The position numbers and the translations under genes are program-made. A stretch of DNA of 27,070 nt, from IMG/VR virus record IMGVR_UViG_3300037834_000014, positions 1-27,070 of that record; one strand, 5' to 3'. Origin of the DNA: a virus. Its lineage: Duplodnaviria; Caudoviricetes. Positions 16,314-22,835 of this stretch are shown here, piece by piece. The notes below the pieces were generated by a model that ran no database searches, was not told where the DNA came from, and saw only the letters and a list, made by a program, of their open reading frames with translations. Positions within the stretch are counted from its first letter, which is position 1; each line of letters starts with the position of its first letter.

Positions 16314-17032
16314 CAGCCGTACCTCTTCAGCCCGTCCGGATAAGCGCGGCCCCCCGAATGAAACGATACGCCGCCCTCGTCGGACGGCGGCGCTGAAGGC
16401 GTACCGGGCAGGCTCGACTTGCCGTCCTCGATCCGCTCCAGCGATCGCCGGGCTTCCTTGGCCGGCGCATCGATCCCGTCGGGTGCGCCATTCGGATAGA
16501 GCCGTGCGCGGGCAATGTCACCGATCCAGACCTTGACGATCTCGGGCACGTCGACGAGCGGGAGGGTGTAGCGGCTCCCCAGCGCGGCTTGCACGATGGC
16601 TTGCGCGGCCGTCAGTGCGCCGACGAGCAGATCCTTGCCAATACGGCCATCGCCGCGTTCGTCGGTCATGCGGACGGTTTCGTCGAGACCGAAGCGCTGG
16701 ACGAACTCGGCGATCGACAGCATCGGCGCGCCGCCATCGGGCATCACCCATGCGAGATCGAGAACCGCGACCTCGACTTCTTCCTGCGATCGCGCTCCGC
16801 CCGCATCATCAACGGTCGCGGTGATGAGATAGCGCTCGCCAGCGCCGCCGCCGCTGATTTCCAGCGTCAGCGCCGCCGCGAGCAGGTTGCCGGCAGCGAC
16901 GAGATCGGGAGCGCCTGGCACAAGCCCGCGCGCCTCGACATCAATGCCGATAAGCGCGCTGATCGTCGACACGCCGCCGAATTCCATCGGCAGCCGCACG
17001 ATGTCGGCGGGCTGCTTTACGATCAGTTTCAT
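16310..17032 (-). CDS. Head-tail connector (Mu gp36/DUF1320-like) with extra N-terminal beta domain
   Basis: C-terminal FVQRFG..E..RMTD...LGSRYTLPL..VP....DIARARLY. About 90 aa N-terminal extension. Confidence 0.8.
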   Translation of the reverse strand: MKLIVKQPADIVRLPMEFGGVSTISALIGIDVEARGLVPGAPDLVAAGNLLAAALTLEISGGGAGERYLITATVDDAGGARSQEEVEVAVLDLAWVMPDGGAPMLSIAEFVQRFGLDETVRMTDERGDGRIGKDLLVGALTAAQAIVQAALGSRYTLPLVDVPEIVKVWIGDIARARLYPNGAPDGIDAPAKEARRSLERIEDGKSSLPGTPSAPPSDEGGVSFHSGGRAYPDGLKRYGW

Positions 17033-17244
17033 CGCGCCTTCAGCCGCCGTGCAAGTCGCGTTACGCGCGAGATAATCTCGTCAGCGACCAACGCGACGAG
17101 AAAGAAGAACCACAGCGCGGCGAGGGCGACGCCCCACGTCGCCAGCTCCGCGCGCTCACCTTTGGGCGCCAGTGTGGCGCCGATCGCGACGACGATCGCC
17201 AGTATGGCCGCGATGGCCAGATAGAAGATGGCGAACGACAGCAA
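17029..17244 (-). CDS. Small 2-TM membrane protein (start uncertain)
   Basis: Two hydrophobic helices and a basic tail. Stop is ATGA-coupled to the next gene. Start is TTG 17244 or CTG 17250. Confidence 0.55.
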   Translation of the reverse strand: MLSFAIFYLAIAAILAIVVAIGATLAPKGERAELATWGVALAALWFFFLVALVADEIISRVTRLARRLKAR

Positions 17245-17246
17245 TG

Positions 17247-17474
17247 TCAGGCTCCGGGCAACGGATAACGAAAAAGCGAGAGGACGAAGCCGCCGCCGAT
17301 GATCCAGCCGATCGCGCCGGCCAGCGCCGCGATCAGGCCGATCAGGAACAGGCCAAGCCCCAGCTCGAACATGGGAACATAGGCCCGATGACCGAGGCGA
17401 ATGACCGGCGCCGCCATCAAGACGACGCCGATCAGCATGACGGCGCCGCCAAGATGAGACAGCAGCTCGATCAC
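17247..17474 (-). CDS. Small membrane protein (75 aa)
   Basis: GTGA-coupled. Almost entirely hydrophobic, 2-3 TM segments. Confidence 0.6.
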   Translation of the reverse strand: MIELLSHLGGAVMLIGVVLMAAPVIRLGHRAYVPMFELGLGLFLIGLIAALAGAIGWIIGGGFVLSLFRYPLPGA

Positions 17475-17812
17475 AGCTTGGTCGCGATTGGCTTCTTTGC
17501 TGCCTTCGGCTTGGTAGCGGCAGCAGTTGCGGCTTGCGGTACAAGCGCGGGTTCCGCGATCGTCGCATCGGCGACCGGCGCGACCGGCGCGACCGGGGCG
17601 ACCGGCTCGGGCGTCGGGGTGGGATCGGGCAGCGGTGTCGGCTCAGGCGTCGGGCCGAGATCGGCCGCTGTCAGATCGATGGGGTCGCCGATGACCTTCA
17701 GCGCCTGAAGATCGGCAATCAGGTCTTCATCGTCGATCGTGACCGGCTTCTTGCCGGGTTCGTACACCTTGCCATCGTAGTCGAGGCGATCAAGGACGGG
17801 ATAGGTACCCAT
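17471..17812 (-). CDS. Small capsid-adjacent protein with Pro/Ala-rich tail
   Basis: GGAG RBS. LDYDGKVYEPG N-terminal domain followed by PTPEP and APV repeats. Confidence 0.7.
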   Translation of the reverse strand: MGTYPVLDRLDYDGKVYEPGKKPVTIDDEDLIADLQALKVIGDPIDLTAADLGPTPEPTPLPDPTPTPEPVAPVAPVAPVADATIAEPALVPQAATAAATKPKAAKKPIATKL

Positions 17813-17833
17813 GGAAATTCTCCGATTGTGTGG

Positions 17834-17867
17834 AAAAGGATGGGCGCCGCGGATCGCGCGGCGCCCA
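17834..17867 (-). terminator. Intrinsic terminator/attenuator after the major capsid gene
   Basis: 11-bp perfect stem (17841-17851/17857-17867) followed by TCCTTTT on the minus strand. Confidence 0.7.
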
Positions 17868-17872
17868 AGTCG

Positions 17873-18805
17873 TCAGCCGACGGTGAAGGCGTTTTGGAAG
17901 AAATAGCCCGCCTGCGATGCGACGACACGCTCACGCACGCTTTCACCGGTGCGGCAGGCGGTGCCGCCGCGCAGACCGATATTCTTGTCTTCCCATTGAC
18001 CAGCAATGCGATCGCCCCACTGGAAGGTGGCGCCGAACGTAACCGCGCCCTTGGCATCGACGACCGGGGCCTTGTGGAGCAGCGCAAGATGCGGACCCCA
18101 CAACCGGGCGAGCACCGGAGCCTGCCCGCGCTTGGCCGAATTGCCGCGCGCTTGGCCGACGATGACTTCGTCGACCTCGAACAGTTCGGCGACGGCCTGC
18201 CGCGTCACACTGCCCTTTTTCGCTCCCGTTCCCAAACATGCCTCGACGATTTCGGGGTGGGAACGGAACTTGGTCCAGCCCGACTGGCCGAAAACCATCT
18301 GGTTCGGGCGGATCAGCGGCTCGTCCAGCGCGGCATTGATCGTCACGATCGGCGTGCTGGCAGGGTCGCTGAAACGCGAAGCGCCGGCAAGCGTGGTCCG
18401 CAGCGCGGGATCATAGGTGGCGTTGTTGAAGACGATACCGGCACCGCGCGCTTCGCGATCGAGCGCGATCAGCTCCTGCAGATACATCACCTCGTTGCCG
18501 ACCGGATCATAGCGACTGTCCGCGTTCGCCACATCGCTCTGCGGAACAGCGCCGTCGAGACCATAGTCCTTGCACGAGTCGGTGATTTCCTGACCTTCGA
18601 GGTTGACCTCGTTCGGCTTCGAACGACGGCCGACCGCAGTGTCGGGAATATTGAAGAACTGGTCGGCGGCATATTGCAGGAAGGTGAATTCCTGTTTGTC
18701 GACGCGGACGCGCGGAAGCACGAGATCGGCGACGTAGCCGGGATTGCGATAGGCAATTGCGATCGCGGTAAGTGCCGGATCGATGGGATAGGCGGATTTC
18801 GACAT
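17873..18805 (-). CDS. Major capsid protein
   Basis: IDPALTAIAIAYRN...ADLVLPRV start and GYFFQNA end. Follows the protease and cement genes. Confidence 0.9.
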   Translation of the reverse strand: MSKSAYPIDPALTAIAIAYRNPGYVADLVLPRVRVDKQEFTFLQYAADQFFNIPDTAVGRRSKPNEVNLEGQEITDSCKDYGLDGAVPQSDVANADSRYDPVGNEVMYLQELIALDREARGAGIVFNNATYDPALRTTLAGASRFSDPASTPIVTINAALDEPLIRPNQMVFGQSGWTKFRSHPEIVEACLGTGAKKGSVTRQAVAELFEVDEVIVGQARGNSAKRGQAPVLARLWGPHLALLHKAPVVDAKGAVTFGATFQWGDRIAGQWEDKNIGLRGGTACRTGESVRERVVASQAGYFFQNAFTVG

Positions 18806-18841
18806 GGGTTTTCCTCGATCGAATTGGGGAGTGGGTTGGGA

Positions 18842-19222
18842 TCAGCCCTGAATGCGGCCGGGGTGAATGGTGGCGACGCCGATGTCGCCGGCGACGCCGG
18901 AGACCATCGCTTGCCCAACGATGCCGGCATTGATGCCGGCACCGGGTGCTGCCGCGACGGCCCGGCCAGTCCCGTCAGACGTCAAATAGTCGTCGCGGGT
19001 GACGGCGCCGCCATATTCGACCTCAGCGAGGCCAACGAGATGGACATCGCAGTTCTCGCCGATCTGAGCGGGTAGCTCCGACGAAATGCCGAACACCTTG
19101 TCCGTCGACGCGGCACCGACGACGACAGCACCGTCGGACGCGCCGTGCTTGACGATCCGGCGCGGCGGCACGAGTGCCTCCGCTGCGAAACCCTTGGTAA
19201 GAATGGGGCTGTGGCCAGCCAT
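18842..19222 (-). CDS. Capsid cement/decoration protein (DUF2190-like)
   Basis: GLAEVEYGGAVTRDDYLTSDGTGRAV motif. Lies between protease and capsid. Confidence 0.8.
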   Translation of the reverse strand: MAGHSPILTKGFAAEALVPPRRIVKHGASDGAVVVGAASTDKVFGISSELPAQIGENCDVHLVGLAEVEYGGAVTRDDYLTSDGTGRAVAAAPGAGINAGIVGQAMVSGVAGDIGVATIHPGRIQG

Positions 19223-19224
19223 GA

Positions 19225-19704
19225 TTATGCTCCCTTGCTTTTGGTGACGTGACGAACGGCTGCGGCGATCGAAATCGGCCGCCCGGCCTTGGCTTCGGCT
19301 TCGGCAAACGATGCCGCTTCGGCGGCGATCGCGACGGCATCCTTTTCGCCGACGGGCTTGCCATCGTCCGGCGCAGCCTCGCCCAAGCTCACGAGCGGCT
19401 GCGCGCTGTTGAGGAGCTTGATCAAAGCATCGCGCGGGGCGAGCTGGCCGGCCTCGCCGAAGCTGACGACTTCCGCGTCGCCGAGTGCATCGAGCACCCC
19501 GACGAGCAGATCCTTGCCAGCCGGCTTGATCTTGGCTTCGGTGAAGAGGCCCTCGGCGAAGCTCACATTGGCTTCGTGCCGTTCGGCTTCGGCCTTTTCT
19601 TCGGCTGCCTTTTCGCGAGCGGCGAGCGCCGTTTCGCGGGTATTCAGCGCCTCTTCGCGCTCAGCGAAGCTGACTTCCTTGTCCTTGTCGTCGGTGCCCG
19701 ACAT
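19225..19704 (-). CDS. Scaffold (Mu gpZ-like) from in-frame internal start
   Basis: AGGAG-aaa-GTG-ATG just after the protease domain, analogous to Mu I/Z. Confidence 0.6.
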   Translation of the reverse strand: MSGTDDKDKEVSFAEREEALNTRETALAAREKAAEEKAEAERHEANVSFAEGLFTEAKIKPAGKDLLVGVLDALGDAEVVSFGEAGQLAPRDALIKLLNSAQPLVSLGEAAPDDGKPVGEKDAVAIAAEAASFAEAEAKAGRPISIAAAVRHVTKSKGA

Positions 19705-20175
19705 CACTTTCTCCTGTTCGATGGTGACGAGGTTGCCGGCATCGCCATCGGCGAAGCTCACCGTCCCGAGGTGTTTGACCGACGGGGGATGAGCGCCGAG
19801 GAAGCCGACATGTTTGAGGGAATATTGTCCCGGCACCGGATTGTTCGGGCTGTCGGGCGGATAGAGCTGCGCGGACACCTTGCGGTAACGACCCGCGTTC
19901 ACCGCTTCGGCAAAGCTGGGGTCCGTCAGCGCGGGGTCGGGATAGGCGACGACTTCGCCATCCTCGATCGCGAGGCGATCCACCCAACCATAGGCCGGAT
20001 CATTGAGCTTGGGGTGACCGACGACGAGCGGCGCCGGGTTCTTGTCGGCATTATAGCCGGAAACGATGCCCGACAGCTCGGCCTCGCCGAACGTAATCTT
20101 CGTCCCTTCAACGGAGGTGAAGGTGCCCTGCCGGAAAATCCGGATCGGCTTGATTGTGTCGGTGGCGTTCGTCAT
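19225..20175 (-). CDS. Mu gpI-like prohead protease with C-terminal scaffold
   Basis: IFRQGT, PLVVGHP, AYGWV, YRKVSA and LKHVGFLGA.PP motifs, then a charged helical tail. Confidence 0.88.
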   Translation of the reverse strand: MTNATDTIKPIRIFRQGTFTSVEGTKITFGEAELSGIVSGYNADKNPAPLVVGHPKLNDPAYGWVDRLAIEDGEVVAYPDPALTDPSFAEAVNAGRYRKVSAQLYPPDSPNNPVPGQYSLKHVGFLGAHPPSVKHLGTVSFADGDAGNLVTIEQEKVMSGTDDKDKEVSFAEREEALNTRETALAAREKAAEEKAEAERHEANVSFAEGLFTEAKIKPAGKDLLVGVLDALGDAEVVSFGEAGQLAPRDALIKLLNSAQPLVSLGEAAPDDGKPVGEKDAVAIAAEAASFAEAEAKAGRPISIAAAVRHVTKSKGA

Positions 20176-20181
20176 GCCCCG

Positions 20182-20226
20182 CCTCTAAGGGGCGGGGGCG
20201 ATGGGGACCGGCAGCCGTTGGCGGCT
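20182..20226 (-). promoter_or_regulatory. Predicted late promoter for the head operon (leaderless)
   Basis: Plus strand CTAA at 20185 and CAGCCG-TTGG-CGGCT at 20212. Minus-strand TAGAGG ends 6 nt before the ATG. No SD. Confidence 0.68.
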
Positions 20227-20247
20227 TACCGGTCGCTTCGGCTGTCG

Positions 20248-20574
20248 CTATGCCTTAGACGCAGCGAAGAGCGGCTGGCAAGCACTCGCGTCGGCGATCG
20301 ACGCGATCAGCCCCTCGGGCGGCACGAGCCAGACTTTTGCAAGCGCGTCGATCTCGGCCAGCGTCGGAGGCTCTCCGAACGATAGCTCGAACAAGCGCTC
20401 CTGCGCGATACCGGTCTTTTTCGTCAACACCGCATAGGGCGTGCACATCTGCCCGACCCACGCGTCAAACCATCCGTCGCCGTCACCGTCGGCGATCCAA
20501 CGCCTGACGGGATGATCTGCATCATAGGGGCGGACCGTCTTGGGAATCGGCCGCTCTCCCTTTCGCCGGCTCAC
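20248..20574 (-). CDS. Putative XRE/Cro-like HTH protein (108 aa)
   Basis: YAVLTKKTGIAQERLFEL...PTLAEIDALAKVW pattern. GTGA-coupled. Confidence 0.6.
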   Translation of the reverse strand: MSRRKGERPIPKTVRPYDADHPVRRWIADGDGDGWFDAWVGQMCTPYAVLTKKTGIAQERLFELSFGEPPTLAEIDALAKVWLVPPEGLIASIADASACQPLFAASKA

Positions 20575-20831
20575 AGCATCCCCCGCTTTTCAACATATTC
20601 AACCATGCGGTCCAACGGGATGACGGCGATCGAAACCACATTATGGTCGCGTTCCCGGCGATTGATCGCCTCGGCATATTGGACCGGGGAATAATATTCG
20701 CGAGCACCCTCGTCATCGTCATCCTCTTCGGCTGGCGCGAGGAAGCGCGGGGGCGTGCCGCCGCCATGGCGGCGGATCTCGGCGCTAAGATCTTCCTCGG
20801 TCGCGGCGAGAAGATCGGGCTGCATCGTCAT
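20571..20831 (-). CDS. Small acidic hypothetical protein (86 aa)
   Basis: GGAG 8 nt before the ATG at 20831. EEDDDDE tract. Confidence 0.6.
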   Translation of the reverse strand: MTMQPDLLAATEEDLSAEIRRHGGGTPPRFLAPAEEDDDDEGAREYYSPVQYAEAINRRERDHNVVSIAVIPLDRMVEYVEKRGML

Positions 20832-20868
20832 CGTTCGTCTCCGACTCATCATTTGCTATTGCGCAAAT

Positions 20869-20883
20869 GTTCCATCTTTGTTC
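20869..20883. promoter_or_regulatory. Alphaproteobacterial LexA (SOS) box
   Basis: GTTC-CATCTTT-GTTC is an exact GTTC-N7-GTTC in an AT-rich divergent intergenic gap, 14 bp before the ATG at 20898. Confidence 0.8.
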
Positions 20884-20897
20884 TCTTTTGTCGAGTC

Positions 20898-21209
20898 ATG
20901 ACTCGGCAGCTGATCTATGAGACGAGAGACCTCGTCGACGCGGGCGCGCTCAACCGCAACGTGCTCGCGCGGTGCCGTTGCGGCCATTGGGCGATCCTCG
21001 ACAGCATCGACCTATGGGGCATCTTTCAGCGCCGGGGGTGGATCGATGTCATACCGGCGGTGGCGATGCGGCTGCGCTGCTCGATCTGCAAAGCGGCGGG
21101 GCGGCCGAAACGGCGCCCGATGATCGAGCTGGTGGTTCGGGAGCCAACCGTGAAGTTGCCGTGGTGCGATACGACCGAATTCAAACGAGCGGTGCAGCGA
21201 CGACGCTGA
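20898..21209 (+). CDS. Small Zn-ribbon-like protein (103 aa)
   Basis: CRCGH...RLRCSIC four-Cys pattern. The ATG is directly downstream of the SOS box. Confidence 0.7.
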   Translation: MTRQLIYETRDLVDAGALNRNVLARCRCGHWAILDSIDLWGIFQRRGWIDVIPAVAMRLRCSICKAAGRPKRRPMIELVVREPTVKLPWCDTTEFKRAVQRRR

Positions 21210-21422
21210 CAGTCGCCGCACCGCTCGACTGGCCCGAGAAAGCCGCTGTGCACGCCGAACAAGCACAATGAGGCGAAAAAACGGTGTCACCCCCCACTTT
21301 GGCCCCAGAGGGCTTCTCTGGGCGATTTTTCCGGCAACGCCGTCCGCAGGCATCCCGCTTCAGGACATCGCCGGCAAAGCACCCATCTGGACAGCGCATC
21401 GGCGCGCGCATAACCAACCGCA

Positions 21423-21815
21423 ATGACACGCTTCAGGTGGACAGCTTCGACGATGCTCTTTGCAGCCCTATTGGCCGGCTGCTCGAAAGGCGCGCCGGTG
21501 GATCCGGCGACCGATGCAGAAGTTCGCACGTTCTTCCGCGAAAAGGACAAGCACCCGACCGACGTGTCGAAACTATGGCTTGCAGGCGAGGCCGACAACC
21601 CGCTGGTGTGCGGTCGAATGAAGCCGGTTCCTGACGGCACCGAACATCGCTTCTATTACGATCGCACCAGCAAGCACGGCCAGACCGAGTTCTCGAAGAC
21701 GGTGATCTCGACAACGGTTATCGGCGACGCGATCGTCGCGAAGAACCGCGAGCTGTTCAACGACCTGTGGGACAAATACTGCGCACCGACGGAGTCGACG
21801 CTTTCAATCTTCTGA
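21423..21815 (+). CDS. Lipoprotein (moron-like)
   Basis: Signal peptide with lipobox LAGC and two further Cys. Convergent with the repressor. Confidence 0.75.
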   Translation: MTRFRWTASTMLFAALLAGCSKGAPVDPATDAEVRTFFREKDKHPTDVSKLWLAGEADNPLVCGRMKPVPDGTEHRFYYDRTSKHGQTEFSKTVISTTVIGDAIVAKNRELFNDLWDKYCAPTESTLSIF

Positions 21816-21829
21816 CCGGCGACTAGCCA

Positions 21830-22525
21830 TCACGTCCCTTTGAGCACGGCCACCACGCGCCCCACGATATGGATTTCGCCATCGTGGGCGTAGTCGTCGC
21901 GAACGTTCGGATTGTCGCTTTTGATCACGATCGTCCCGTCCGCGCGCGCCGCTAGGCGCTTGACCATCCCCATCTCGCCGATCGCGCACACCCAGATCAG
22001 GTCGGCGAACGACGGCGCCGTCTGTGCGAGATCGATCAGCATGATGTCGCCATCGTCAATGGTCGGCGACATGGAATTGCCCCGCCCAGGAGCAAAGCGC
22101 AGCTTACTTGGCGGAGATTGCGTGTAGCGCCTCACCCAATCGATCGGGAACGGGCGCGCGGTTTCCGCGACGGCAAAGCCTTCGACGAACGTCGCGCCCA
22201 AGCCATAGGCAATATCGATCTCGTTGATGAGGATGACGCCATCAACCGGCGGCGCGGTTTCGCCCTCGGCAAAATCGTCGGCCGCATCGGGATCGACGAA
22301 ATCGTCAGCCGAAGCGCCGATCACGTCCGCCACCGCGCGCAGCGTCCCAACCTTTGGCGTTGAGGCGCCGGCCATGAGCGAGTTCAGCGAATTGCGCGAA
22401 ATCCCGGCCTTTTCCGCGACGCTCGACGCCGCTCCGAAGGCCTTTACCGCGCGTCTCAGCCGCGCCGCGGATTGTTCCGTCCAGCCGAGAACGCGCGAGT
22501 TGTCATTTTCAGGTTGACTTATCAC
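21830..22525 (-). CDS. CI-like repressor: XRE HTH + peptidase S24 (start uncertain)
   Basis: HTH VAEKAGISRNSLNSL, catalytic GNSMSP and VKRL, terminal IVGRVV. Divergent from ner. Confidence 0.9.
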   Translation of the reverse strand: MISQPENDNSRVLGWTEQSAARLRRAVKAFGAASSVAEKAGISRNSLNSLMAGASTPKVGTLRAVADVIGASADDFVDPDAADDFAEGETAPPVDGVILINEIDIAYGLGATFVEGFAVAETARPFPIDWVRRYTQSPPSKLRFAPGRGNSMSPTIDDGDIMLIDLAQTAPSFADLIWVCAIGEMGMVKRLAARADGTIVIKSDNPNVRDDYAHDGEIHIVGRVVAVLKGT

Positions 22526-22550
22526 TTTACTTGTCACTATTCCTGTCAAC
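22513..22550. promoter_or_regulatory. Divergent repressor/ner promoter-operator region
   Basis: AT-rich. TTGACT (+, 22514) and TTGACA (-, 22549) face each other. Contains one copy of the 16-bp operator-like repeat. Confidence 0.6.
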
Positions 22551-22835
22551 ATGAGGAACGACACGCAAAATGCCAACCGGGATTGGCACCCGGAGGACAT
22601 CAAGGCCGAAATCCGCAAACGCGGCGCCACCGTGGCGAAGCTCGCGCGCGACAACGACCTGTCGAAGCAGGCGTTGGGACAGTGTCTTGAGCGCCGCGCC
22701 TCGGAGCATGGCGACAAGATCATTGCCGAATTTCTTGGCTTGAAACCTCACCAAATCTGGCCCTCGCGTTACACCGCCAAGGGGCAGCGCATTCGGTTCC
22801 GGGCACCCAGCCCGATGGCGCAGGTGTCCGTATGA
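22551..22835 (+). CDS. ner: Ner/Nlp-family DNA-binding protein
   Basis: DWHPEDIKAEIRKRG...IAEFLG..PHQIWPSRY signature. Confidence 0.93.
   Translation: MRNDTQNANRDWHPEDIKAEIRKRGATVAKLARDNDLSKQALGQCLERRASEHGDKIIAEFLGLKPHQIWPSRYTAKGQRIRFRAPSPMAQVSV

Noticed and set aside
17570-17656. Short tandem repeats (GGCGCGACC etc.)
   Set aside because: They encode APV/PTPEP low-complexity linker. Not a CRISPR array or regulatory repeat.
17534-20385. 513-aa and 378-aa plus-strand ORFs
   Set aside because: Antisense to the clearly identifiable capsid, cement and protease genes.
22526-22723. ORF-track N-terminal extension of the repressor (likewise the extensions from 24324, 25674, 5011 and 7220)
   Set aside because: They overlap real neighbouring genes. 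Coupled or RBS-supported downstream starts fit better.
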